A stretch of DNA of 64,000 nucleotides from Takakia lepidozioides (Eukaryota; Plantae; Bryophyta), in contig CM060731.1 in NCBI GenBank assembly GCA_030704615.1, forward strand, positions 12,028,001-12,092,000, written 5' to 3'. A model generated the notes under the pieces. That model was not told the origin of the DNA. It did not search any database and saw only the letters and a list, made by a program, of their open reading frames with translations. Positions 35,901 through 50,900 of this stretch are shown one piece after another (within the stretch, counting starts at the first letter, position 1; each line of letters opens with the position of its first letter). Both the position numbers and the translations under genes were made by a program.

Positions 35901-38900
35901 AGGGTTACAGCAATGAAACTGGTAGGTGGTTCAGTTATTTCTTCAACTTCCCCCTGGAGATGTACTGAAAGTGTGCCTAAGGGACAGGGTAATGGTGGAA
36001 AGAGGAAATGAAATGAAATGGTACTTAATAACGTCCACGGAAAGCTCAAAGAGCTTATGGACAAGAGAAGCATGAAACAGGAAAGAGACTGTGGCCCTCC
36101 ACAGGCAGCCCAGTGAGAACTATTGATCAAGGGATTGTCTAAAAGTCAATGCCGCATGCAGAGCATTTCTTCATCCTGCTAAGCATTTCTTCACCTTCAA
36201 TTTCCCTCCTGCTATCTCTGAAGCAGGGCACATGCGGTCCTCACGCTGCAGGTTGTCCCGCCTACCAGTCTCTATCTGCACACTGTAGGAGCCTACCCTA
36301 AACCTCTTCAATGCCCTTACAAAAGAGGAAGATAAAGCTGCCGACAGGTAACTGGTCTACAAGATTCTATTAGCATGGAGGACCAAGAATCTCTCCTGAT
36401 ACAACTGCAGTTTGGTTGTAAGATTGTCTGGTTTCCAGGTTTGCCAGGAAGAAAGCCAGAATGGTCTAGGGGGCCAAATGAGATTCCCCAAACAACCTTC
36501 AAACAGACCAAAATAAGACATATTTTCTGAGCCGAGTGCGTCTTGCCTAATGCAGTTAGGCTGCTGACACTTCTGGAGAGAGAGTAGGAAACCAGCTAGC
36601 AAGGAAATTGGGAGGTGGTATGAAACGAAATGAAATGGTACTTTATAATGTCTGCAGAAAGCTCGAAGTGCTTATGGGGAAAAAGGGAAAAACAAGAAAG
36701 AAGAACATTCTCTTATGGAACTACATGTCAGGAGAACTACCCACTCTCCATTTCTATCGGGAGACATTCTTGGTTCTCCGTGACGATAGAATCTTGTGGC
36801 CCAATTACCTTTCGGCGCCTTTATCTCCCTCCCTCCTCAGGGCATTGGGGTGGTTCAGGGTGGGCTTCCACAATCTACAGATAGAGACTGGTACATGGGC
36901 CCTCTACAGTATGAGATCCATGGGAGATTCTGAGGCCTTGGCCCTCAGGCAATCCCTTGAGCAGTAGTTGCTTCTGGGCTGCTTTTGGCTGTGGCTGATG
37001 AGTCTGTTGCGATCTTGTTTGGACGTGATTTCCACGCCTTCTGATTTTGTAGCATTAGAGAGTCCATTGTGCTCAAAAAAACTGCACACCCAAGCATACC
37101 GGGAGGCCTTGAAACCTGCTGTTTTGAGCCTAATAGATGTTGTGAGGGCTCTTGCCACGAGCCCTTTGGGTGGAAGGCCTTGTAACCTTTCAAGAAAGAT
37201 TGTAAGCCAGAAGAGGCCCTCGGTTTGAAGTGGCACGCATGCAAACTCTGCACATAGGATGTGTGATGGAGTTGTCCTTCTAGCGCCAAGCATTGCTTGG
37301 AGAAAAGATGACTGCAATGGTTCCAGATTTTTCTCCCACCAGGAAACTGGGACACCAGATGCCCAGAACTCACAGCCATAAGTGGCGGCCGGGGTGACAA
37401 CAGTGTCAAAGAGCCAGTTTTTGGTTGTGGGGTGGCGCAGATGTCTGTTTGCATTTGGCCTGAAGGTGGATGGAGGCAGCCTTGCCCTTTGCCAATCTAT
37501 CCTAAAGCGGTCGAGGCAAACTGGAATTTGGGTGAGTGAATAACCAGACCTAGGTATTGATACGATTTGACAACCTCAACTTCCTACTGATTGAAGATGA
37601 ATCTGTGGTCTGCATGGCCATTGAAAACCAGCTCCTTAGTTTTGCTAAGATTGACCTGCAACCCATAGTCTTTGGAGAAATTTCCAGGATGTGAAGATGG
37701 CGTTGTAGGAAGACAGGAGATGTTGCCAAGAGGGCAACATCATCAGCATAGAGAAGTGCTGACTGCATTGGTCCCCCATCTAAAGGCACCCCAACTCCAT
37801 GGTTTCTTGAAATGTAACCCTCCAGAGCGTCTATGTAGACAAAAAGGGTAGGTGAGAGAGGGCAGCCCTGTTTGACCCCAACATTGCTATGCACCTCTGC
37901 CGAGAATTACCCCGCGACTTTGAATATGCCAATGACAATCTCATACATGGATAAGATGGGATATATGATGTCCGAAGGGACCTCCATCCTTTGGAGCCGT
38001 TGGAGAAGGTCTCGATTAACCGAATCGAAAACCTTTCGAAAGTCTACAAATCAACCCTACACCATTTTTTTGTCATAGCTTGCACGTTCCACCATAGTCT
38101 GAAGGGTGAAAATGTGGTCAAGAGTGGGTTGGTTGCGGCGGAAGCCTGCTTGCCCAATAGCACGCATGTGAGAGGATTCAGCCCAATCATCCAGTTCCAT
38201 GGCCACTACTACCCCAAACAGTTTAGCCAGCAATGAAGACACCATAATTGTGCGATAGTTGGTCGGTGCGAGCCTATCACCATTCTTGAAGAGGGGGTGG
38301 ATGATGCTCTTTGTCCACTTTGTTGGAAAGCCATGGTCCACAACTTCATTGAAGAGATGTGCTGTAATTGGGGCCAAAGTCATTGCCGCGTGCTTGATGA
38401 ATTCACTCTGTAACCCTGATATATCCAATGCCCTGTCATTTTGCAGCTTCTTGACTGCCTTGCTGACATTGGTTGTAGTGAAGAGAGAGAAGTGCATGGG
38501 TTTGGAGGTTATGGGAAAGGGAGATTGGCTTGGGGAGTGATGCAATGACTGAGCATACTCATGCCAAACATGAATGTCTGTGATTGGGGGTGGGTCTTTG
38601 TGAGTTTTAAGGAGGGATCGAAAGGAACGAGGAGAAAGCCTAATCTTTGCAAGGAAAATAGATTGCAGCTTGAGAGTGTAGGCTCTCTTCCTGGATCTTA
38701 TAGTGCTTGAGAGCTAGGTTTTTAGACTGTGGAGAAGAATGGATATCAAGGAGCAAAGATTAGATGTGACGTCTGGAAATTTGCATCCTTCGTCAAAAAA
38801 TGGTGCATATCTTTTAGTGGTGAAAGGTCAGGAGGTAGACGGAAGGGTGACTAGGAAGGATCTCAGGGCTGAGTCCCAAAGAGCGTGTGTAAGATAGGAA

Positions 38901-41900
38901 GCCCTGTCATTAGAACATGGTAGATGCGGGAAGGATTGACACTAGGCAGCATCGTGTCTGTGAGTGAAGGGAGTATTGAAGTGAATACGTGGGTGTGAAT
39001 AGAGATAGGAGGAGTCCCTCACGGGGGTAGAGATGGAAGGAATTGCAAAGGAAAGGCAAGGGTGATCAGAATCAGGGTACCTCGTAATGTAACAAGAGCT
39101 CATCCTATCAGTTGTGTTGGGGCTAGTCAACCACATTCTATCCCTTGTGTGTGTGGCAAGTGAACTGATTGGAGGCTGTGTAGTTGTTTGCGCCATTGTA
39201 GATGACAAGCCCTTGAACCTCACAAAATTTGAGTAGATGATGACCATAGCTTGTGATTTCACTAAAGAGACATCTGCACTTCCTCGCGAATGATGACCAT
39301 AGCTTGTAGGGGAAGGAATTGTATGGTAGGAGCCAAGCGGCACAGTAACAGGCCACTCCCCCCAAGCCTTTCAGACCTATGCGTGGACGAGTCACTGATT
39401 GATAGCTATATCCGAGAATGGAAGGAGGGTCCTTTCCTTCATATGCATGTGTTTCCAAGAGAAAAAGAACATCACATTTTGAGAGGATATCAAGAAGTCC
39501 TTGCGGATGGCGGTGGAGCCATTGCAGTTCCATGAGACGGCGTTTAGATGTGCGCGTGCAGCGGTCTCATGGGACCCCAACCCCTATTTAGTGTTAGAAG
39601 GGCGGCGTTCCTGCTGTCAAATTCTTTGACTTGAGAAAGTTGAGCTTGCATAGCATTGTACGGCATAGGGGTCAAATCATCATTGAGGTACAATCTTTGT
39701 CCTCTCAAGTGAGGCTTCTGTCTCAGAACCCTGTCCAGAGCACCTCTATCTTTGAATTGTATGAACAATTTTTTTTTGCCCTGAGGTTCCTGCATGCCAA
39801 GCTCGCTTAACGCTACCTGCTCCCCGTGGTAGAGGGAGGCTTTGTTGAATTAAGGTAGTGGCTGCAGTGAGAGGATCTCCCTCCGCAACCGCACCTAACT
39901 GTCCAATTATTGGGATGTTCAAAACTGAAAGCCCGCCGCTGCTCCTCAAGTAAAGTGGACACTATATTCTTCCAAAGTATGGGGACTCGTGTTGGCTTGT
40001 CCTGCTTTGCCTTTGACGATGTTAGCCCAAGAGGAAGCCTCTACCTTATGGTCCTTGAGCTCCTCAGCCCTTGTAGATGTCGTTGCCTTGTGGGTCTCCA
40101 ATTCTTTGGTGAGTGTGAGCACTTGTTCATGGATATTCGCAGGAAGGGGCGTCTCCGAAGCATGACTGTGTAGGATTTGCTCCATAGGACCGAGTTTGTC
40201 CTTGAGAGTCTATCTAAGTTGATCTTCAATGTGCGAGTTCTTTTTCCAACTTGGCCAAGCGACTTGAGAGGTCCTTTTGTGTCAGGGATCTCACTATTCT
40301 CTCGAGCTTAGACATACGGGTGTTGGCTGTCTTGATCTTGAGCTGTTTCAACAGGCTATCGACTTTGTTGTTGCTCTCCACTAGAGATGCCTGCAAGTTG
40401 GTGATCTCTGTTCGTAGGTTCTCCATGTCTCTGTCCCGGGCTGCAAGCAACTGGTGTAGTGTCTCCTCGGAGACTAATCATGCTTGTAGGAGAGAGCAAA
40501 TTGATCCTGGATTTGTTGAATAGGTTCTCCATGTCTTTATCCCGGGCTGCCAGCAACTGGTGTAGTGTCTCCTACAAGACTAATCGTGCTTGTAGGAGAG
40601 CGAATTGATCCCGGATTTGTTGAATGTCAGCACTCCTCGCGGTATACTGGGGCAAGGGTGAAGTATGTTGAGAGGTTGGGGCAGGAAGGAGGGGCAGGAA
40701 GGAGAAGCGGAGAAGAGGATTGTGATAGGTGGTGCAAGGTTTGGGGCAAGGTTGTAGGCGAGTCTCCCTCCTTGCCGTTTGTCCATTGATGTTTGGACGA
40801 GGCCATGGTGGAGTGGAGGCGACGCGGCGCTAGCATGCCAATGCGCAAGAAAGGAAAGGAAATGAAATGAAATGAAATGGTACTTTATAACGTCCACGGA
40901 AAGCTCATAGAGCTTATGAAAGAGAGAAATGAAATGAAATGGTGCTTTATAACGTCCGCAGAAAGCTCATAGAGCTTATAGGACAAAGTGGAAGAAAACA
41001 TGAGAGAGGAAACAAAATCAGAGCCAGAATAAAAACTATTGTTCAAGTGAAGGTGAGGGCCTCTTGCAGGTAAAGCTGCCAAGCATTTCTAATCCTCATA
41101 GTACAAGACTTAAGTGAAATGAAATGGTGCTTTATAACGTCCGCGGAAAGCTCATAGAGCTTATGGGACAAAATGGAAAGAAAACATGAGAGAAAACAGG
41201 AAACCAAAGTCAAAGAAAAGAACTATTGTTCGAGTGATTGTCTAAGGGTGAATGCTTCGTGCAGGTAGGCTGCCAAGCATTTCTGATCTTCATAGTGGAA
41301 GACTTCAGTGAGAGATTGGGTTCCACGGAATAGACAATGGAATCTCCCACGAATCTCATAGTATAGAGGGCAATAGTAGAAGAAGTGTCCTTCAGTTTCA
41401 ATTTCCTGGCCCTGTGCAAGCTGGACAGAGGCGGTCCTCCCGCTGCAGGTTTTCCCATCTGCCAGTCTCTATCCGTAGGTTGTGGGAGCCCACCCTGAAC
41501 CGCCCCAAAGCCCTTAGGAGAGAAGGAGATAAAGAGGCTGAAAGGTAATTGGGCCGCAAGATTCTATCATCTCGGAGAACCAAGAATGTTTCTCGATAGA
41601 AATGGAGCTTTGTCGTGAGGTTAGGTAACTTCCAAGTTCTCCTGACATGTAGCTCCATGACTCCTTTCTAATGAGTTGGTTGCGGTCATGCTTGGATGTG
41701 ATGTCCACCTCTTCTGGGTTCACTGGGACAGGGTAGCAATAGAGAGTCCATGGCGTTCAAAAAAGGTATCCACTCGAGCATACCAGGATGGTTTGAAACC
41801 TGCATTTTTTAGTCTAATATATGTCGGAAGGGCCCTGGCCACAAGCCCCTTGGGAGGAAGGGCTTGTAACCTATGCAGGAAAATTGTAAGCCGGAAGAGG

Positions 41901-44900
41901 GCCTCAGTTTGAAGTGGCACGCAGGCGAATTCTGCATTCAGTATGTGCGATGGAGTTGTGCCTCTGGCGCCAAGTGAGAAAGGAAGAAAGTGGGGAAAAG
42001 AAAAGAAATGAAATGAAATGGTGCTTTATAACGTCCGCGGAAAGCTCATAGAGCTTATGGGACAAAATGGAAAGAAAAACATGAGAGAAAACAGAAAGAA
42101 AGAAAGGAAAGGAAAGGAATTGTATAACTTCCAGGGGAAGTTGAAAGAGCTTATGGGACAAAAGAATAAGCAGATACAAGAAAGAAAGTGGGGTTCTTAA
42201 GAAGCAGCCTGAAAACTAAAGATCAGTATCACATTCTCTAAGCTGGAGAGAACCACGAAATGATATCTTCCATGTATCTTTGGGGTAATATCCATCAGAA
42301 TTGTCTGACAGCCGTGGAGAAATGTGCAAACATGGGGCGGTCAACAACATTTGTGAATGGGCAGAACAGCCACCTATTTTCATCAAAGGCCATTATCAGC
42401 TGGCTGGTGAGTCGCACGCAGCTCTCAACATTCCACATTATTTGTCGTTCTGCATCTGCAGTTATCCTGCAATCGTGCTTGTTTTTAAAAGAGAAAGAGA
42501 TGTGTTACTGACTGGAAAGGACCTCAACAGCAAGTTTGACAAGCCTAGCCCCCAAGTTCCACAGAAGGATGCTGAACTCTGACTAGGGACTCATGCTGCA
42601 TTGGCCACATCGGGTGACCATGCTTTGTTAGCAAATAAAACTATAGCAAAAGTGCTTCGTCTGTAACTAGCTTTTTGGGTTGGGACATTCACTGAAACTA
42701 CTTTAAGCTAAAACACTCAAAACAGAAAGAAACTTGGCTTCCAAGGTTAAGTGTTGGCAGACTGGGTCTGCAGGAGCTCTTTGGATTTTGTTGAAGGAGA
42801 GATCCCAGCAGTAACTGTACCAACACTGTTTGAACCGAAAACTTTGAGAACTCAGGAGTACTCTCCTTTAGCTCATGCAGCAAAGGGCACGGTGGGAAGG
42901 ATATCTCACCCAGGATGGAATGTGGCCCTGCTGCAAACCAGCAACTGTGTATCAGATACCTACATTCCCTGTGACAATATTGTCAAGTAGATCAGGTCAC
43001 CGGTCACCTGCCCCTCACTGCCAAGGATTGGGATGCAGATGCATTGAAGTTTCAAATTAACATCTCCTTTCCAAAGCCTATTTTTCAGGAACCTACTAAA
43101 AATTTCTTTGTCATCTCGTTTTCTCCTCCGTAATACATAGAGAAATGATTAACTGTCTTCACAGAAATTCTAACCAAGACTATGTGTTTGGCCCCCACCT
43201 CAGAGTCTGGCCTTGAACCAGGATCTGCTTGTCTGCAGTCATCTGTTTGATAGATAAGAGGAGCTTCTCTGGCACAATTCCTGTGTCCCCTTGTCATAGG
43301 GTGGAGGTCTGTCATTCTTCTCTACACCCATCAATGAGACCAACTAACAAATCTTAACTATTTGTGGAATCCTAATCATAGCTCCAGAAGTGTTTACTTG
43401 TAATCTAAGATAGGGCTGGTCTGGAGGGATGTGTTTTTATGGTTGAAGTGTGTGTATATGATGACAAAGTAATGGGAGGCTATTGCAATACACAGTGGAG
43501 CTTTTTCCGGCAGTTCAGCACAGCAGTGGAGAGGCATGAGTACCTGACTCTGCGTGTGAGATTCCTCATGGTGAGTGTGATTTGCTCCTTTGTATCCTCA
43601 TCCTTTAAAGTATAGTCAAATCATACATTGGTGTGCTCTGTATGAAATGCCTATGGGTGGAAGCTTTAATGTCTGTCGGTTGCCGGGGCTTTTTCATTGT
43701 TGGAGGAACTGGAATAGACTTGTTTGATACTGCAAAGTTAGCCTTGGCTTGTTACACATGGTGGGGGAAGCTTCGTGGAGGATCCATGTGTCCTAATCCA
43801 TGAGATATAGATTGCACAGACGTCTCAAGCCTGTGTAATCATATCTACTAAAATGGGCTCCGATCTTGGGGCACTGAAATGGGTTTGTGGTGGGTCTGGT
43901 GGGGTGCAGACGCATAAGCTACACTCCAAATTTGATTTCCACGACTACATATCGCGAACCCTGGAAGATGACTTCAGAATCGTGGTGGGCATCAGGTTGG
44001 GAACCATTAAGATCTGACATCTCCTTTATTCATGGGACAAGCATAACCCCTTCTTTTCTGATTGGTGTAGGGCAATGGGCTCTCTTGATGTCCTTGTCCT
44101 GGCTCCTCATTCTTTCAGACAATGTATATAGTGCACAATGCATTTGCTTTATTGGGTTACTTTTGGGTTTCTCTATTGTTCTTTCTTCTTCAGATAGGAG
44201 GGCACATACTTCTGTGTCTTATTTCATTTCATTTCTTTAGAGATTCCCTGACAGAGGCTGGTTTGCAATATCTCAGATCTAGTGTGCCCCATAGGTCCTC
44301 AGGCCTCACTGGGCAGAATATACGTCTTTCTTTTTTCTTTCTTGGCCAGCCTCAGTTATCCCCAGCAGCTGTTGGAGACTCATCCTGCTGCTGTTGGTTT
44401 GTGATGGCACATGCTTGAGCTCCTCCAGTGCTTTCATGAGTGCTTCTCTTGTGATGCTCTCCCCAATCCTGGGGCACAATTCAGAAGCTAATTGTGACAT
44501 TTGTGTAATATGGGTTGGTAAGGACAGAGCGTATTTGTGGGCATTTGTGGTGATTTTTCTGCTCCTCCATCTCTATCGTATGTGAGCTTTCTTTCTCGTC
44601 CTGTGCCAGAGATGTACTGTTTTAGACATTTCATGTCTGTTGATCTGGATTCTCTCTGATCAGTCAATGCTCCTTGTATTTTCTTAAAATTTTCAGTTAG
44701 ATCCCAACCCTTGCAAATCCCATTTGATGTCATGCGATAAGTAAAGTAGAATTTCCAAGAGTGAGAATGTACCATAAGACGTTGTTTGCTGTAGCCTTGT
44801 GGCCATTGACCCCGCGCCCAGTTTGACCGGAACACAAAGGGACAGAAACTACCTTTGTCAGGGGCTGACTCCAGTAGTATGACGTACCTAGGAACAGAAT

Positions 44901-47900
44901 TTCCAAGAGTGACAGGGGTTGCTGTAGGACCCATAAGGAGCACTCATTCCTTAGTCATTGGTATATCATGGGTGCCAAGTTATAAGAGGTCTGCTGTAGA
45001 TGTACGTGTTGCTTATAACACGATGGACTCACCTTCCTAGCTACTCTTGATGTACTCAGCAGCTGGGCTCACAAATATAATTGCTGAATCAATGAAGATC
45101 TGAGTGAGCATGCATCTATGCGTGCTGGCTGTTCCTGCTTGCAGGTTGGTACACATTTCTCTGGATGTCCTTCATTCCTCTTATTGTAAGTACCAATGCC
45201 ATTTTTTTTGGGCAGGGGATTGTGAAAGGCCTGAATAGACAGGAGCGTGGGGGATGAAGATAAAGATAATAATTGTTAAGATTCAGCAATTTTGCAGAGC
45301 TTGGAGAATTTCATTCCATGCAGAGGACCCACTAAAAGCTGTGTAAGAAAACAAGAACTAAGTGAAAAAAAAGAGGTACAATGCTGTCCATTGACAGTGC
45401 CTAAGAGAATGTACTCATGAGACGTTGTTTGCGGTAGCCTTGTGGCCATTGACCCCAGGCCCAGTTTGAGCGGAACACAAAGGGACAGAACCTACTTTGT
45501 CAGGGGCTGACGGTCTTCTTACCTTGGAATAAACAATTGATCCGGGTTTTCCAAATTTCCTCTGGAAATCCCTTTACACAAGCATCAACCTGATGTGTGG
45601 TTCGCCCAATAACTAGTCCCCAAAAGTGTCTGGCCTTTTGGCTCAGCCTCGAGACTTTAAAGTTGGTAAACAGAGGGACAGGCACAATTCCCTAGATAGA
45701 TTTGAAGAGAGCATCTCTCTGGTGAGAGAACGCCGGACAATGAATCAGAAAATGAATATTGTCTTCAGGGTGCCCACACAATGGGCAATTGCACTCTCCC
45801 TTTCCTCTCTGCTTCTGTTTGCTGTTCAAAGGTAGGCTTCCCGCCCTGAGTTTAAATTTCAGTCTAGTGCCGAGACTGGGTAGACCCTTGAGGTCATCCA
45901 TGATGTCCTCCCCCATGTCACAGACCAGAAACAAGTTCAGGTAAGTTTTCTGCCTAACTTCGTTTTCATCTGACAATTTCCTGGCAACAGACATGGCGTT
46001 GGACACTACAGCCTCTAAGTCAGATTTATCCAGCAGGGTCATGACTTGCGGGCTTAGATTCAGATCCTTGAGAATCTCTTCTACTCTCTTCCGCCAGGAC
46101 TTGGCCTGTTTGACAGGGCGATCCTGGTTCCAAGATATAGAGTCGGTTAACTTAGGATGTCTGATGTTGGACATATGTTGCAGCTGACCCCATCATCTGA
46201 CCTTGAATTCATCTCGTCGGGAGCTTAAGGAAGGGATGCCAAACTCACCCCGAACAGCCACATTGGCTGTTTTGGAGCAGGCTGACATGCACTCCTTAAG
46301 CACCCCCACTTGAATGGATTCTAGAGACTTAGCCCAGTTTGAGTAATCAACCCATATTTGCAGATGCGTACTCCAAGGCAGGTCTAATAATGCGACAAAG
46401 CATGGTGTTTTGACCTCAGAGTTGATCCCTCTGCAGTGGAATTTTTTTGTGAGACCTGGCGCTTTTCGCTTGCCAGTTTGAACAACTTTTGGAATATGTG
46501 CATCCCAATTGCAGTTGGAGGAAAACAGAGCATAGGAAGACAAAAGAGAAACTTCTACTACTTCCACTGTAAGGCACAGTGTATATGGGGATGAAATAAA
46601 ACTTGCATATGAGATGCTCAAAACCAAAACTGACTAAAGCTCTGGTAGGAAGCAAGAAATATTACAGGATCAGCATTGCATTGCAAAAATAGTACTGAAT
46701 CCTGGACTTGTATTCTGCCTGCAGCTGATATCGATAGTGGGAACAAAGTTACAGCACATAATTACGGAGCTATCACTTGGTACAGCACAGGCACAGGGAC
46801 TCCATGGTATCCATGTGAGGCCTAGTGATGATCTATTCTGGTTCAACCGTCCAGGAATTTTGCTGCACATAATTCATTTTGTCCTCTTTCAGGTATTGAT
46901 CAAACCAGCACCCACAGCAGTACAGTGTCAGTTTGAAATGAGTTATTTGATTCTCTTGTTATTTAGCAGGTACAATATAGGTGCTGGACTATGGCTTGAG
47001 GGGTGTTGCAATCCTCTGCCTAACTACTGACTGAGAACAAAAACTTTCTTCACCACTAGAATTCCAGAGTGAGCCTGAACCCTTTCACTGCGTTGCATTG
47101 CTCTGTCATGCAATCCATGGTTCTCAGCTTTGGCTTATCACAACTGCTCATACTTGTGGGTTCAGTAATAAGGAGGGAGAGCTCAGTCCAATTGTTGTAC
47201 AATTTTCAAGTTTTCCCACAAAGAGTATCCATGTGACATGTAGACAATCAGATTGAGCAAGACATTCATTATTCAGGTTACCTTAAACCTTGAGGATGGA
47301 TGCTAAATAGTTTTGTCAGAATGGGCTTTGTGGATTATGCAGTTGTTAGTGCACCCTCCCCCTTTTATACATGTTCCTGTGTAGAGATGTACTCAAACTG
47401 TAGGTGAAACCAAAGTTGCAAATTAAAAAGATGTGTCAACACCATACGACAACTACGAAAGTCCATGAGATTTGTGAGTCTGCACTTGTATGTCATACCT
47501 GTTGACATGTGCATCATTTTTCCTTTTATTACAGAATGCTTTTGAGCTTGCCTTCTTCTTCTGGATCCTTGTAAGTTGTTTTCCTACACTCCTCCCTGTT
47601 TTTTGGATATTCAGCTCCACTATCCATTTCGGCTTGATGTTCTCCTGTAACAAGAAAATCGACAGATATTGAGGACTTACTCTTCTTCTATATTGGCATT
47701 GCAGACATCATTTGGGGTTACTTCATGCATGATGGGGAGAGCTTGGATTGTTTCTGTTCGTCTCATCTCAGGGTATGGCCAATGCTTTCTTAGTTTCTTT
47801 TGAACTAAGTCAGTCCCAGCTTGGAAGGTTCAGAAATGCAGTAAAATGTGGGCACTCAGGGCAGGGCATGGTGGGAACCCTGCAGGATTTTGGTTCAAGT

Positions 47901-50900
47901 ATTGTGCAGCTACAGCACTTTGCCTCTCTATGCACTTGTCTCTCAGGTACTGTTTTTGACATCACACACACACACTCTCTCTCTCTCGCTATTTCTTGGA
48001 AGCAAGACAGTCCTGTTAAACAGGCTAAGTCTTTGGCAGAAAAGGGTAGAAGAGATTTTCGAGTATCTGAATAGTTAGAACCCAACAGGGCCAGGGCCTT
48101 AGGCTCAGCCTCCAGATTTCAGAAGTTGGTGAACAGACATGCAGGAATCATGTTCTCGATGTTCCTGAAGAGGGTCACGCTCTGGTGAGAATGCCCCGGA
48201 CAATGTATCAGAAAATGGATTTTGTCTTCAACCCGCACATCAGGCAATTACAATCTCCTTTTCGTCTCTGCATCTATTTATTGTTTAAAGGTAGGCTCCC
48301 AACCCTGAGTAAAAGTTTCAGTCTAGTGCCAAGGTTAGGCAGGCCCTTCAGATCGTCCTTGCCCATGTCACAAACTGGAAACAAGTTTAGGGGAGTTTTA
48401 TGCCTAACTTTATATCATCGGACAGTCTTTAGGCATCAGACATGGCTTTGGACACAACCCCCTCTAACTGTTTATATCAATGTCCCACTACAAGTCCCAC
48501 TACTGGAGTGAGCCCCTCACAAAGGTAGTGTCTAATCCCTCTGTTTCCGTCCAAACTAGGCGCGGGGTCTATGGCCACATGGCTACAGCAAACAAAGTCT
48601 TATAAGTACATTCTCTGTCGCAGAGGTGCACAGCAACACTGGGGTCAAACAGGGCTACCCTCTCTCACCTTACCCTATTTGGCATCTATACTTCTCTACG
48701 CTGATGATGTCGTTCTATTGGCACAATCTCCTGACTTCGTACAACAACACCTTCGCATTCGCATCATATAAGACTTAAAAGACTATGTGTTGCAGGTCAA
48801 CCTAACCAAAACTAAGATCATGGTTCTCAATGGCCATGTGGATCAGAGATACCTCTTCAATCAGCAAGTCATGAAATGACACCCATATCTGGGGCTGGTT
48901 ATCCACTCAGTTTGCATCCAGTGCTATGGACAGATTGACAAAGGCAAGCTTCCCCCCTACGCCTTCAGGCTAAATGCAAATAAATACACCTCTGCCACCC
49001 CTGAACCAAAAATTGGCTTTTCGATTCGGTCGTCACCCCTGCCGCTACTTCTGGCTGTGAGTTCTGGGCACCTGGTGTCCCAGCTTCCTGGTGGGAAAAA
49101 ATCTAGAGCCACTGCAATCGTCTTTCCTCAAAGGAACGCTTGGAGCTAGAGGGGCAACTCCATCAATTCTATGCGTGGAATTTGCATGCGTCCCACTGGC
49201 CATCTTCTGGCTTACAATCTTTCTTACAAGGTTAGAAGCCCAAACATCCAAAGAGTTGACTGCCGGGGCCTTTACAACATCTATCAGGCTGAAAACAGCT
49301 GGTTTCAAGCACTCTTGGTATGCTTGGGTGTCCAACTTCTTAGAGCACAATGGACCCTCCATTACTTCCCTACTCCCAGAAAGTACGGAGGGGGTGGATA
49401 TTGCGTCCAAACAGGAGCGTAATAGATGCATCAGGAAACTTATGGAACTGCACATCAGGCAGACATGGAAACTAGCCACTCTAACAACAAAACTGCAATT
49501 ATCAGTAGACATTCTTGGTTATGTGATGATAGGATCTTGCCCTCTCTTCTAAGGGCATTGGAGTGGTTCAGGGGGGCTCCCACAGTCTGTGGATAGATAC
49601 TGGTAGGTGAAGCCCCACTTGCGCTGGGAAGTACAGGGAGATTGAACGTGAAAAACATTTCGTCTATCACTGCCCTTTATACTGAGATCGATGGGAGATT
49701 CAACCGTCTATTCCGGGATACCCAATCTCTCACGGAGTTCTTCCATTATGAGGATCAGAAACGCTTGGCAGCTTACCTGCATGAAGCATTGACTCTTAGA
49801 CGATCCCTTGAGCTTTAGTTGCGTTTGGGCTGTTTGTGGGCCCTCTCTCTTTCTTGTTTCTTTCTTCAATGGCCATACCGATCGGAGATTCCTTTTCACC
49901 CAGCAAGAGCTTGAGGTCATGAAATCATACCCATGCTGGGTCTGGGTAAGCAGAGCATGTTTGTAGTTGAAGCCAAGGAACGCCTGATGAAAATTGCGGA
50001 GCACTGGCAGATCAACTCGCTCTGTGGGGTCTATGGCCACTAGGCTAAGGCAAACACCTTATGAGTACACACTCTCTCACTCCCCTCTCCCATCCCACTT
50101 CTAACCAAGGCCATCTTCTGGCTTAGCGTTTCTTACAAGGTTACAAGCGACCGTCTAGTTATTGGCAATCACACACAGCAGATTGATGTTTGTGTGAAGG
50201 GATTTCTAGAGGATATTGGAAAAACTTGGATCAATTGTCTGTTTCAAGGTAAGTCATACTACTGGCGTCAGCCCCTGACAAAGGTAGTTTCTGTCTCTTT
50301 GTATTCAGCTCAAACCGGGCGTAGGGTCAATGGCCACAAGGCTACGGCAAACAATGTCTTATGACCATTTCACTTCTTCCTCTTGTCTGAGCTTCGTACG
50401 GTCTTTATAAAGTACCATTCCCTCTCCCTGCCGCACACAGCCCAGAGTGATGGGCAGAAGCCTTCCCGAGGCATGTCATTTCTGTGGTAAATGCAGGGCT
50501 AAAAAACTGAAACCAATAACCCTGCAACTGGGCTGTCAAGTTTGCATGTGGATAAGCGCCTCTGTGAGCCCCTTAATGGCAGTTGTGGGAAAATAAGTTA
50601 CCTGCAGCTGAGCTCTGGTGATAAGCTAAACCCTGGTGGATGCAAACCCCACAAAAGGCTCGGGGAGGGTTAGTTTCCCACAGGGTCGATGGCCGGAGGG
50701 CTATGGCAAGCCAATGTTCCCAGGGAACGGCATGAGTAGATCCTCTCTCTCCCTCCCTCCTTTAGTCATGAAGGCATGCTGTTCATAGCAGCTTTACCTG
50801 CATCTTCATGCAATCTCAGCTCAGTGTGGAAAATCAAGATGTGATTTGATTTTGGCCCAGGACAACCACGTCCTGTCCCACATGTCTGATCCATCTCAAG

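Noticed and set aside
910-49995. CTGATGA motifs as possible hammerhead ribozyme cores (e.g. 910, 31962, 34668, 49984)
   Set aside because: No stem II plus GAAA arrangement or flanking helices were found by eye
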